The notes under the pieces: generated by a model
The model's database searches: none
What the model was told of the DNA's origin: nothing
Seen by the model: the letters and a program-made list of their open reading frames with translations, nothing else
NCBI GenBank assembly: GCA_964404485.1
Contig: CAYOKJ010000002.1
Span: 70-64,069 of the forward strand
Origin: an uncultured Bacteroidales bacterium
Lineage (GTDB): Bacteria; Bacteroidota; Bacteroidia; Bacteroidales; JAIORY01
Direction: 5' to 3'
Length of the DNA stretch: 64,000 nt
Made by a program: the position numbers and the translations under genes
Part shown: positions 55,136 to 64,000 of the stretch, piece after piece
Position numbering within the stretch: position 1 is the first letter of the stretch
Layout of the letters: every line of letters starts with the position of its first letter

Positions 55136-57532
55136 ATGGTAAAGAAACTTATAATCATAAACCAAGATAGTGAAGCGGATACATGCAGAAAAGAAGTAAC
55201 ACCAAAGCTTTATCATGCTAATTGGAGTGATGAACAAATATTAGAACAAAGAACTTTTACCGATGGAAAAATAGTTGTACTTGGAAGAAAAGCGAGACGA
55301 AAAAAGGGAAAAAGAGCTGATTATATTCTTAGATACAAAACAGATTATCCGATTGCTGTAATTGAAGCAAAAAAGAAATATACCAAAGCAGCCGATGGAC
55401 TACAACAAGCTAAAGATTATGCTGAAATTTTGGGATTAAACTTTGCTTATGCATCAAATGGTGTTGAAATTATTGAATATGATTTTACAACAGGATTAGA
55501 AAGTAAAATAATTAACTTCCCTACACCCGAAGAACTCTGGAAAAGAGAATCAATAAAAGAAAATATTGATGAATCAATACAAGAAACTTTATTAAAACCA
55601 TTTCATTCTTTTGCAAGTAAAAAGCCAAGATATTATCAAACAATTGCAATTAACAGAGCAGTTAAAAAGATTTTAGAAGGCAAAAAAAGATTGTTATTAA
55701 CAATGGCAACAGGGACAGGAAAAACAACTGTTTCATTTCAAATTATTTATAAATTATGGAATAATCGATGGAATCAAAGAAATGACCATCGCAGACCTAA
55801 AATATTATTTATTGCAGACCGAAGCATATTAGTTAATGACCCTCATTCAAAGGATTTTGCAATATTTGGCGATGCAAGATGTTTAGTCCCTGACGAAGGG
55901 ATTGTAACAAGTCGTGAGATATATTTTTCAACTTATCAATCACTTGCTGAATATGAAAGTAAAGAAGGAAATTTTAGGAAATTTCCAAGAGACTTTTTCG
56001 ATATGATTATAATTGATGAGTGTCATAGAGGAAGTGCATCTGATGAAAGCAATTGGAGGAAAATTTTAGACTATTTTACAGAATCAGTTCACTTGGGATT
56101 AACAGCAACGCCACTTAGAGAAGATAATAGAGACACCTACGAATATTTCGGAAATCCGATTTACACATACAGTTTAAAACAAGGAATTGATGACGGATTT
56201 CTTGCTCCTTACATTGTTCACCGAATTGTAACCGAAGCTGATGCAACCGGATGGCGACCAGAAAAAGGACAAGTTGATGCACGAGGAAATGAAATTGCAG
56301 ACGGAATTTACACAACAACTGATTTTGAAAGAACATTATCCTTACTTCCGCGAACAAAAGCGGTTGCCAAACACTTGGCAGATTACATGACTAAAAATGG
56401 CAGATACAGCAAAACAATTGTTTTTTGCGTTGATCAGGAACATGCCGACCATATGCGAAGGGAGTTAAACAACTTAAATTCAGATATTACAAAAGATTAT
56501 CCAAATTACATTGTTCGCATTGTTTCAGAGGAAGGAGACGTAGGAAAAGGTCATTTGAGTGATTTTATGGATATTGACGAGGAATTTCCTGTAATTGTTA
56601 CAACTTCAAAGCTTTTGAGTACTGGAGTATATATTCCAACTTGTGCAAATATAGTTTTATTCAGAAACATAAATTCAATGACTGAATTTAAACAGATTAT
56701 TGGTCGTGGCACAAGAGTAAGAGAAGATAAAGGAAAACTATTTTTTACAATTTTAGATTATACAGGTAGTGCATCAAGAAATTTTGTTGACCCTGATTTT
56801 GATGGTGAACCACCATTGATTACAAATGAAGAAATTGACGAACAAGGACAAACCATTGAAGGTACTTTTGAGGAAGAAATAAACGAAACCGAAGAAATTG
56901 ACAATTGGGATGAACCTACAGAAACAGATTTTGAGAATATTCCAGATAATGAAGAAAACGACAGACCTCGTAAATATTATGTAGAAGAAGGAATCCTGTC
57001 AATTGTTGCTGAAACAGTTCAGATTTTAGATAGTCAGGGGAAACTACAGACAATCCAATATAGAAAATACACTAAAGACAAAATCTCAAATCTTTACCCA
57101 TCAGCAAATGAGTTTAAAAAAGCGTGGTTAGATTTAAACATTAGAAGGAACATAATTTCACAACTTGAAGAACAAGGCATTTTAATTGAAGATTTGAAAA
57201 AAATCACAAAACTTGTTGATGTTGACGCCTTTGATTTATTGCGTTATGTGGCTTTCGATTTGAAACCTTTAACCAGAAAACAACGAGCTAATTTACTTTT
57301 AAAAAATAAAGCTGATTTATTTTCTGAATATTCCGAAGGTGCAAGAGAAATTATCGAAATCATTATCTCAAAATATGTTGATTTTGGCATAGACCAGTTG
57401 AAACCTGAAATTATTCAGGTAGAACCAATTTCAAGCAAGGGAAATATTTTGGAAATTGCCGACAGATTTGGAGGGATTGACAAATTCAAAACACTAATAA
57501 ACGAATTACAAAAACAATTATACGCAGCGTAA
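55136..57532 (+). CDS. hsdR: Type I restriction enzyme R subunit (EcoEI/EcoAI-like, with an EcoEI_R_C-type C-terminal domain)
   Basis: N-terminal PD-(D/E)xK motif (RADYIL...VIEAKK), SF2 motor motifs MATGTGKT and IIDECHRGSA, TATP, QIIGRGTR, and C-terminal LLRYVAFD... Confidence 0.9.
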   Translation: MVKKLIIINQDSEADTCRKEVTPKLYHANWSDEQILEQRTFTDGKIVVLGRKARRKKGKRADYILRYKTDYPIAVIEAKKKYTKAADGLQQAKDYAEILGLNFAYASNGVEIIEYDFTTGLESKIINFPTPEELWKRESIKENIDESIQETLLKPFHSFASKKPRYYQTIAINRAVKKILEGKKRLLLTMATGTGKTTVSFQIIYKLWNNRWNQRNDHRRPKILFIADRSILVNDPHSKDFAIFGDARCLVPDEGIVTSREIYFSTYQSLAEYESKEGNFRKFPRDFFDMIIIDECHRGSASDESNWRKILDYFTESVHLGLTATPLREDNRDTYEYFGNPIYTYSLKQGIDDGFLAPYIVHRIVTEADATGWRPEKGQVDARGNEIADGIYTTTDFERTLSLLPRTKAVAKHLADYMTKNGRYSKTIVFCVDQEHADHMRRELNNLNSDITKDYPNYIVRIVSEEGDVGKGHLSDFMDIDEEFPVIVTTSKLLSTGVYIPTCANIVLFRNINSMTEFKQIIGRGTRVREDKGKLFFTILDYTGSASRNFVDPDFDGEPPLITNEEIDEQGQTIEGTFEEEINETEEIDNWDEPTETDFENIPDNEENDRPRKYYVEEGILSIVAETVQILDSQGKLQTIQYRKYTKDKISNLYPSANEFKKAWLDLNIRRNIISQLEEQGILIEDLKKITKLVDVDAFDLLRYVAFDLKPLTRKQRANLLLKNKADLFSEYSEGAREIIEIIISKYVDFGIDQLKPEIIQVEPISSKGNILEIADRFGGIDKFKTLINELQKQLYAA

Positions 57533-57535
57533 TAA

Positions 57536-59071
57536 ATGGCAAAAAAAGAGACTAAAACAACAGCACAAAGATTATCGGGGATTGTAAAATCGTGCCGGCA
57601 AATAATGAGGAAAGACAAAGGTTTGAATGGTGATGCTGACCGTTTGCCAATTCTTACATGGATAATGTTTTTGAAGTTTTTAGATGACAACGAAAAAATT
57701 CATGAATCGGAAGCATTATTAAAAAGCAAAACTTTTAAACCAACATTAAAAAATCCTTATCGCTGGAGAGATTGGGCAAAAGACACAAACCTAACCGGAG
57801 ATGATTTATTGCCATTCATAAATAATGAAAAAGCCACCTTCCCTGATGGTACAGAGGGAACAGGTTTATTCTACTATTTAAGAAGTTTGCAAAGTGAAAG
57901 CGGAAAAGAAAGAGCCGATGTAATTTCAACCGTTTTCAAAGGAATTAACAATCGAATGATAAATGGTTATTTGCTTCGTGATGTTGTAAATAAAATAGAT
58001 GAAATACAATTTACATCAAACGAAGAGATTTATACACTATCGCATTTGTACGAAAGTATTTTAAAAGAAATGCGTGATGCTTCGGGTGATGCAGGAGAAT
58101 TTTATACACCAAGACCAGTAGTTCAATTCATGGTAAATATGATAAATCCTCAATTGGGCGAAACTGTACTTGACCCCGCATCAGGCACAGGTGGCTTTCT
58201 TGTGGCTGCGTTTGAGCATTTGAAAAAGCAAGCCAAAACTTTAGAACAATTCAAAGTTTTACAAAAACAATCGGTAATTGGTGGAGAAGCAAAGCCGTTA
58301 CCATATTTATTGGTTCAAATGAACCTGCTATTACACGGCTTAGAATATCCACAAATTGACCCTTTAAACTCATTGCGTTTTAAGTTGCAGGAGATTGGCG
58401 ATAGTGAGCGTGTAGATACAATTATTACAAATCCACCATTTGGGGGTGAAGAAGAAAAAGGAATCCTAAATAATTTCCCGAAAGGCAAACAAACCACCGA
58501 AACAGCATTTCTATTTCTTCAACTTATCATGCGAAAGTTAAAACGTAAAAAGGCAGAACAAAAAGGCGGAAGGGCTGCCGTTGTAGTTCCCAATGGAACT
58601 CTGTTTGCTGATGGCGTGGCAAACCGAATAAAAAAGCAATTAGTAGAAGATTTCAATTTACACACAATAGTCCGTTTGGGCGATGGGGTTTTTGCACCAT
58701 ATACCGATATTCCTTCAAATCTATTGTTTTTTGAACATGGAAAGCCAACAAAAGAAATTTGGTATTATGAAATTTCTGTTCCTGAAGATAAAAAGAAATA
58801 CAGTAAAACAAAGCCAATACAAAATGAAGAATTTACTGAGATAAGCCAATGGTGGAACGATAGAAAAGAAACAGAATGGGCTTGGAAAGTAAACATAAAT
58901 GATATTGTAAAAGAGAACGGAAATGGCTCTGTATCTGTAAACCTTGACATAAAAAACCCAAATCGTAAAAGTGAATTTGAATATCAGGAACCATCAAAAC
59001 TGATTTCTTCGATAGTTGAAAGGGAAAAGGAAATTTTAAAACTAATGGAAGAAATACAATCAGGAATATGA
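57536..59071 (+). CDS. hsdM: Type I restriction-modification N6-adenine DNA methyltransferase M subunit
   Basis: Motif I DPASGTGGFL, motif IV NPPFGG, and an HsdM_N-type N-terminus. It starts 4 nt after the hsdR stop. Confidence 0.9.
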   Translation: MAKKETKTTAQRLSGIVKSCRQIMRKDKGLNGDADRLPILTWIMFLKFLDDNEKIHESEALLKSKTFKPTLKNPYRWRDWAKDTNLTGDDLLPFINNEKATFPDGTEGTGLFYYLRSLQSESGKERADVISTVFKGINNRMINGYLLRDVVNKIDEIQFTSNEEIYTLSHLYESILKEMRDASGDAGEFYTPRPVVQFMVNMINPQLGETVLDPASGTGGFLVAAFEHLKKQAKTLEQFKVLQKQSVIGGEAKPLPYLLVQMNLLLHGLEYPQIDPLNSLRFKLQEIGDSERVDTIITNPPFGGEEEKGILNNFPKGKQTTETAFLFLQLIMRKLKRKKAEQKGGRAAVVVPNGTLFADGVANRIKKQLVEDFNLHTIVRLGDGVFAPYTDIPSNLLFFEHGKPTKEIWYYEISVPEDKKKYSKTKPIQNEEFTEISQWWNDRKETEWAWKVNINDIVKENGNGSVSVNLDIKNPNRKSEFEYQEPSKLISSIVEREKEILKLMEEIQSGI

Positions 59072-60066
59072 GTAAATCAAAAATAAACGAAATAGCTATT
59101 TACGAAACCGAAGATGGTCAGGTAAAAGTTGGTGTCCTGTTTGAGCAAGACAATCTTTGGCTTACCCAGAAACTAATGGCAGAACTTTTTGAATGTAGTG
59201 TTGATAATATTTCTTTACACTTAAAAAACATATTTAAAGACAATGAATTGGATAAGAAATCAGTTGTCGAGGATTACTCGGTAACTGCATCCGATGGCAA
59301 ATCATACAAAACAAAGCACTACTCTCTTGAAGCAATTATTGCAGTTGGATACCGTATAAACACTACAAGAGGCACACAGTTTAGAACATGGGCAACAGAC
59401 AAATTAAAAAGTTACATCTTTAAAGGTTTTGCCATAGACAAAGACCGGTTTATAAAAGGAAGCAGATTTGATGCACGGTTTTTTGATGACTTACTAGAAG
59501 AGATAAGAGAAATTCGGGCAAGCGAAAGAATGGTATATCAGAAAATAACTGATATTTACGTAACTTCGGTTGATTACTCTACCGACACATTAGAAACCGA
59601 CCGCTTTTTTGCAACGGTACAAAACAAACTTCATTTTGCCATAACAGGAAATACTGCTGCCGAAATAATATCTGAAAGAGCCAATAGCATTAAAGAGAAT
59701 ATGGGCTTGACCACTTGGCGAAAAGCACCAAAAGGCAAAATTTACAAAAGTGATGTTACCATTGCCAAAAACTATTTGCAGAAAGCAGAAATAAAAAAAC
59801 TGAACCACATTGTAGATATGTATCTTGATTATGCTGAGTTTCAGGCAAGCAAAGCCAAACCAATGTACATGAAAGATTGGGCAGTGAAATTAGATGCCTT
59901 TTTACAATTTAACGAAGAAGAAATACTTAATGATAAAGGAAAAATATCAAAAGTAGTTGCAGCAGAACTTGCTGTAAGAGAATACGAAGCGTTTAGAATA
60001 AAGCAAGACCAAAATTATATTTCCGACTTTGACAAGGCTGTAAAACAATTAAAAAAGAAGTCTTGA
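59068..60066 (+). CDS. RhuM-family protein embedded in the type I R-M operon
   Basis: IAIYETEDGQVKVGVLFEQDNLWLTQKLMAELFECSVDNISLHLKNIF...AVGYRINTTRGTQFRTWAT matches the conserved RhuM N-terminal region. ATGA overlap with hsdM. Confidence 0.7.
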   Translation: MSKSKINEIAIYETEDGQVKVGVLFEQDNLWLTQKLMAELFECSVDNISLHLKNIFKDNELDKKSVVEDYSVTASDGKSYKTKHYSLEAIIAVGYRINTTRGTQFRTWATDKLKSYIFKGFAIDKDRFIKGSRFDARFFDDLLEEIREIRASERMVYQKITDIYVTSVDYSTDTLETDRFFATVQNKLHFAITGNTAAEIISERANSIKENMGLTTWRKAPKGKIYKSDVTIAKNYLQKAEIKKLNHIVDMYLDYAEFQASKAKPMYMKDWAVKLDAFLQFNEEEILNDKGKISKVVAAELAVREYEAFRIKQDQNYISDFDKAVKQLKKKS

Positions 60067-61217
60067 TGAAGAAGGATTGGAATAAATATAAGATTGGTGA
60101 TATTTTATTTCGAGTTAAAGACTCCTTTAATCTTAGTGAGCTTGAAGAATATAAAAGAGTTACAGTAAGAGGAAAGGGTGTTGGTGTTTCCATGCGAGAT
60201 ACAGCAAAAGGTTTAAATATTGGTACAAAAAGACAATTCAGAGTAAGGTCAAATCAATTTTTGATTTCGAAGATTGATGCCATGAATGGTGCTTATGGAA
60301 TAATACCAGATGAATGTGACAATGCTATTATTACAGGAAATTTTTGGACTTATAATTTTGATGGAAATGTATTATTAAAAGAATACTTACATTATTTATC
60401 AATTGCTTGTTTGTTTACGGATTTCAGTAAAAGAGCAAGTTCAGGAACTACAAACAGAAAATATCTTGATGAAGGTAAATTTTACAATCTTGAAATTGAG
60501 TTACCCTCACTTCCCGAACAGAAACGAATTGTAAAAATAATCAAGTCGGTTGAGGCGAAAAGGCAAAACATTAATAAACTGAATAAGGAGCAGGAAAGAG
60601 AGATAAAAAACATATTGTACAGCACTTACATTGATATAATCAAAGATGCTGAATATAAACCAATGGTAGAGGTTGCACCAATAATCAGACGACCTGTTAA
60701 TATTAGTGCAGAAGAAAAATATCCTGAATTGGGAATTAGATGTTTTGGAAATGGAACTTTTCATAAACCTGCTTTAAGCGGAATAGAAGTTGGCACAAAA
60801 AAACTTTTTCAAATAAAAACAGGCGATTTGGTTTTTAGTAATGTGTTTGCATGGGAAGGAGGAATTGCCGTAGCAAAAGAGGAAGATAACGACCGTTACG
60901 GTTCACACCGTTTTATTTCATGCAATTGCAATTTAGAACAGGTAAAACCATTATTTCTAAGCTTTCATTTTCTTGCACCAAAAGGCTTAGAAGAAATTAA
61001 CAACTGTTCACCAGGTGGAGCAGGTAGAAACAAAACATTAGGGCTTAAAAAACTTGAAGCATTAAAAGTTCCTGTTCCAAAAATTGATAAACAAAGAAAA
61101 TTTGAAAACTTATTGAATCAATTCAATCAACTTAAAGAACAAAGAGAAGAAAGAGAAAAGGAATTGACAAAACTAATTCCTAGTTTGTTGGACAAAGCAT
61201 TTAAAGGAGAATTGTAA
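60066..61217 (+). CDS. hsdS: Type I restriction-modification specificity subunit
   Basis: Two target-recognition domains are separated by the conserved helical spacer LPSLPEQKRIVKII...; the C-terminus carries the matching VPVPKIDKQRKFENLL... The ATG overlaps the rhuM TGA by 1 nt. Confidence 0.85.
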   Translation: MKKDWNKYKIGDILFRVKDSFNLSELEEYKRVTVRGKGVGVSMRDTAKGLNIGTKRQFRVRSNQFLISKIDAMNGAYGIIPDECDNAIITGNFWTYNFDGNVLLKEYLHYLSIACLFTDFSKRASSGTTNRKYLDEGKFYNLEIELPSLPEQKRIVKIIKSVEAKRQNINKLNKEQEREIKNILYSTYIDIIKDAEYKPMVEVAPIIRRPVNISAEEKYPELGIRCFGNGTFHKPALSGIEVGTKKLFQIKTGDLVFSNVFAWEGGIAVAKEEDNDRYGSHRFISCNCNLEQVKPLFLSFHFLAPKGLEEINNCSPGGAGRNKTLGLKKLEALKVPVPKIDKQRKFENLLNQFNQLKEQREEREKELTKLIPSLLDKAFKGEL

Positions 61218-61218
61218 A

Positions 61219-63354
61219 ATGGAAGAAAAAGGATATATAACAGCATTAGGAATAGGTTATTCTGGAGCTCTACCAAAAATAAAAAAGAATGATGAAAAAA
61301 TACAACCTGTTTTTGAGGCTTTAACAAATTCACTTGAGGCTATTAAATCGTTGAAAAATGACAATGGAAAAATTACAATCAAGCTATTTTTAGACAAGAC
61401 ACTGCATTCTGATGAAAATAAGGATTATTCTTTCCAAAAAATAGTTGTTGAAGATAATGGTATTGGTTTTAATGAAGAAGAGTTTGCCAGACTGGTTGAC
61501 CTTTATGATGAAGGTAAAGGGTATTTTAATAAAGGTTCTGGACGAATACAGTTCTTGCATTTTTTCAACAAAACAGAAATTACAAGTGTTTATAAAAGTG
61601 AGAAATCAGCTACAGGGTTTAAACAGCGAAATTTCTCATTATCAAAATCTAAAGCTTTTTTACAAAACAATGCTATTATTCGTGTTGATGATATAAAAGA
61701 TATTTCTGCAACAGAACCTTTCACAATTCTTACTTTTAATACTCCATTGCATGATGAGGATACTTTGTATTATAAATCATTGACGGTTGATGATATTAAG
61801 AATCATATTAAAGATCATTACTTAGCATATTTTTGCGAAAATAGAGATACTTTACCAAAAATTGTTATCCAATCATATATTAACGACATTAGTAGTGGTG
61901 AAACAGAAATTGTTGCTAATGATATCCCAAGAGTAGATCAACAAAAAGAAATTGATGTTTACTATAGTAAAATAACTGGAAATAGAATTACAAAAACAGA
62001 TAACAAAGAAGTTTTAAACCTTAAAGCATTCAAGATACCAAAAGATAATTTAGATAAAAATGGATTAAAACTTATTAGTAAGGGTGAGATAGCGATAGAC
62101 TTTACAATAGACTCACTATTAGATACTGATCATATTGAAAATAATCGTTATTTGTTTTTATTATCAGGAGATTATATAAACAATAAGGATAGTGATACAA
62201 GAGGAGAATTACAGATTCCAAAAAAAGCTGATTTTAAGAAAAATGAACTTTCTCTATTTGACGAAGAAGAAATATTGATGGATGATATTGAAGAAAAAGC
62301 AAATGAAGAGATTGAGAAACTATATGAGGAAATTAAATGTAATGCAGAAAAGAAAAAGAAAAATATTGAAGAGCTAAGAAAAATGTTCTTATTAAACGAT
62401 GAAACTATAAAATCTATAAGAATTGGTATTAACGATAGTGATGATAAAATATTAGAGAAAGTATATCAGGCAGATGCAAAAATAATAGCTAAAGGAGATG
62501 CGGAAATAAAACAGCAAATTAAACTGCTTGAAGAATTAAATCCCGCCGAAAAAGACTATGAGGACATATTCAAAACTCAAGTTGATGAATTAGTAAAAGC
62601 TATTCCTTTGCAAAACAGAACAGCTTTAACTCACTACGTTGCAAGACGTAAACTTGTACTGGAATTATTTGATAAAATTTTAGAAAACCAATTAGAAATT
62701 CAAAAAACAAGTTCTCGTAATATAGATGAGAAATTATTACATAATTTAATATTCCAGCAAAGTTCTGATAATACTGAAGATAGTGATTTATGGTTAATTA
62801 ATGAAGATTTTATTTATTTTAAAGGAGTTTCTGAAAGCAAATTGAAAGATGTTAAAATTGATAATGAATTTATCTTTAAAAAAGAATTTGAAAAAGAAGA
62901 AACCGAGTATTTATTATCATTAGGCGAAAATAGAAAAATTAAAAAACCTGACATTTTACTTTTTCCTGATGAGTCTAAATGTATAATAATAGAGTTGAAA
63001 AACCCTGATGTACCTATCAGGACGCATTTAGGACAAATTGATTTTTATGCAGGTCTTATTCGAAATCTTACAAAAGACACTTTTAACCTTGATACATTTT
63101 ATGGTTATTTAATTGGAGAATCTATTGACCCAAGAGATGTAAGGTTAACAGACCAACGTTTTATTCAATCCTACCATTTAGATTATATGTTTCGATCCAG
63201 CACGCCTGTTGCAGGTGACATTTTTCCTAATACGAAAAAAAGCGATGGTTCAATTTATACAGAAGTCATTAAATACTCAACCTTATTAGAACGTTCTTTA
63301 ATGCGAAACAAAATATTTATAGATAAAATAACTAAACCTATAAAATTACATTGA
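61219..63354 (+). CDS. GHKL (Bergerat-fold) ATPase fused to a C-terminal PD-(D/E)xK nuclease-like domain, coupled to hsdS
   Basis: N-box FE33ALTN37SLEA, G1 box D79NGIGF, G2-like GSGRIQF, and a central K/E-rich coiled region. The C-terminal KKPD578ILLFPDESKCIIIE592LK594NP has a D...ExK arrangement. The start lies 1 nt after the hsdS stop. Confidence 0.55.
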   Translation: MEEKGYITALGIGYSGALPKIKKNDEKIQPVFEALTNSLEAIKSLKNDNGKITIKLFLDKTLHSDENKDYSFQKIVVEDNGIGFNEEEFARLVDLYDEGKGYFNKGSGRIQFLHFFNKTEITSVYKSEKSATGFKQRNFSLSKSKAFLQNNAIIRVDDIKDISATEPFTILTFNTPLHDEDTLYYKSLTVDDIKNHIKDHYLAYFCENRDTLPKIVIQSYINDISSGETEIVANDIPRVDQQKEIDVYYSKITGNRITKTDNKEVLNLKAFKIPKDNLDKNGLKLISKGEIAIDFTIDSLLDTDHIENNRYLFLLSGDYINNKDSDTRGELQIPKKADFKKNELSLFDEEEILMDDIEEKANEEIEKLYEEIKCNAEKKKKNIEELRKMFLLNDETIKSIRIGINDSDDKILEKVYQADAKIIAKGDAEIKQQIKLLEELNPAEKDYEDIFKTQVDELVKAIPLQNRTALTHYVARRKLVLELFDKILENQLEIQKTSSRNIDEKLLHNLIFQQSSDNTEDSDLWLINEDFIYFKGVSESKLKDVKIDNEFIFKKEFEKEETEYLLSLGENRKIKKPDILLFPDESKCIIIELKNPDVPIRTHLGQIDFYAGLIRNLTKDTFNLDTFYGYLIGESIDPRDVRLTDQRFIQSYHLDYMFRSSTPVAGDIFPNTKKSDGSIYTEVIKYSTLLERSLMRNKIFIDKITKPIKLH

Positions 63355-63361
63355 ATAAATC

Positions 63362-64000
63362 ATGCTTGGCAAAACCCACCAATTAGTAGCAAACCTTTCT
63401 TTGGCATGTCTTAGTCAAAAAGAGAGGCATATTATGTATCCAAGATGGGGAGGCATTGAATCTGGTGCAACTTTATCGGATGAATTTAGGATTATGTGGG
63501 AAATTGAGGAAGTAGGTTCAGACAAAAAACAACTTGTTCATCGGTGTTATGTGGATAGCAAGGATACTAAAAACCACGGATGTATCACCAGATCATTAAA
63601 CCATGCTGAGGGCTGTATTGGTTTTATAGAAACCTACTCAAAAGAAGATAGTTCTGAAGAGGAATTCTTAGAGAATCTGGGGATGCTTATGGGAATTACA
63701 AGTCACCATATTGCAGATTTATGTACACCGGTTCATGTTGGCCATAGAATAAATTTTAAGAATTTGGGGTACTCTTCACTTTCCAGGTTCCACAATAAAG
63801 TAGAAAGAGATATTTTTCGTTTTCAAAATAAATCTTCTATAAAGTTCTCAAAACCAAAACTTGTTGAATTATCGGATAAGTATTTTTGGACTATTGCAAA
63901 TGATACATATAACAACATCTTTCTAAAGCTTGAAGCTATTTATAAAACAAAGGCTGAACCATCTATGATTGATATTTCCTCTCAGGTAGTTAGTAATGCG
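63362..64000 (+). CDS. S1/P1-nuclease / zinc-phospholipase-C superfamily protein (3' end outside the window; not in the supplied track)
   Basis: My own translation from the ATG at 63362 is open for 213 codons to the window end. Candidate metal ligands are H6 (GKTHQLV), H60, H115-x3-D119-x5-H125 (SHHIADLCTPVH) and H144-x3-E148 (FHNKVE). This reproduces the ligand spacing I recall for P1 nuclease and B. cereus PLC. Confidence 0.55.
   Translation, partial: MLGKTHQLVANLSLACLSQKERHIMYPRWGGIESGATLSDEFRIMWEIEEVGSDKKQLVHRCYVDSKDTKNHGCITRSLNHAEGCIGFIETYSKEDSSEEEFLENLGMLMGITSHHIADLCTPVHVGHRINFKNLGYSSLSRFHNKVERDIFRFQNKSSIKFSKPKLVELSDKYFWTIANDTYNNIFLKLEAIYKTKAEPSMIDISSQVVSNA

Noticed and set aside
54926-55237. 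Track ORFs 54926-55132(+) and 54983-55237(-) just upstream of hsdR.
   Set aside because: They are mutually overlapping on opposite strands, have no family motifs, and the minus-strand ORF runs into the hsdR start. The region is kept only as an unexplained leader (see findings).
61219-63354. Interpreting the 711-aa protein as a sensor histidine kinase because of its HATPase-like motifs.
   Set aside because: It has no HisKA/H-box, no TM or PAS sensor region, and no cognate response regulator. The context (coupled to hsdS) and the C-terminal D...ExK motif fit a MORC/MutL-style GHKL-nuclease better.

Overview
AT-rich chromosomal segment, most likely from a member of Bacteroidota. Supporting evidence: T9SS type-A and type-B C-terminal sorting domains, a PorZ-like propeller protein, TAnnTTTG -7 promoter boxes 20-70 nt upstream of many starts, and dispersed REP-like intergenic motifs. 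About 80% of the window is ordinary housekeeping backbone. This includes a TetR/ABC/FtsX/LolA-like export cluster, comF, rnr, nadA, rpiB, mreBCD, purH, recJ, recO, lipAB, lysS, tatA, an mltD-like gene, a YbdL-like/omega-amidase pair and trkAH. No rRNA, tRNA, CRISPR array, integrase or transposase was found. Two accessory loci stand out. (1) At 33.2-37.3 kb, between recO and lipB, there is a promoter-equipped three-gene operon with overlapping start/stop codons. It encodes a small XRE repressor, an 880-aa PHP-phosphoesterase::SMC/Rad50-like ABC ATPase fusion (a single-chain SbcCD-like layout, reminiscent of the 'Ppl' defence gene as I remember it), and an AlbA_2 (Schlafen-like)/HATPase_c_4 protein. 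An orphan terminator, a REP motif and a decayed Fic-like gene tail follow it. I consider this the best candidate for an undescribed defence or DNA-surveillance system. (2) From 55.1 kb to the window end runs a six-gene, near-gapless operon: hsdR-hsdM-rhuM-hsdS, then a 711-aa GHKL-ATPase::PD-(D/E)xK nuclease fusion, then a truncated ORF carrying what looks like the full S1/P1-nuclease / Zn-phospholipase-C metal-ligand pattern. Several families of intergenic repeats are also present, along with a duplicated gene tail and a 119-bp element with perfect 15-bp inverted termini. All functional calls rest on motif recognition by eye. No database search was run.
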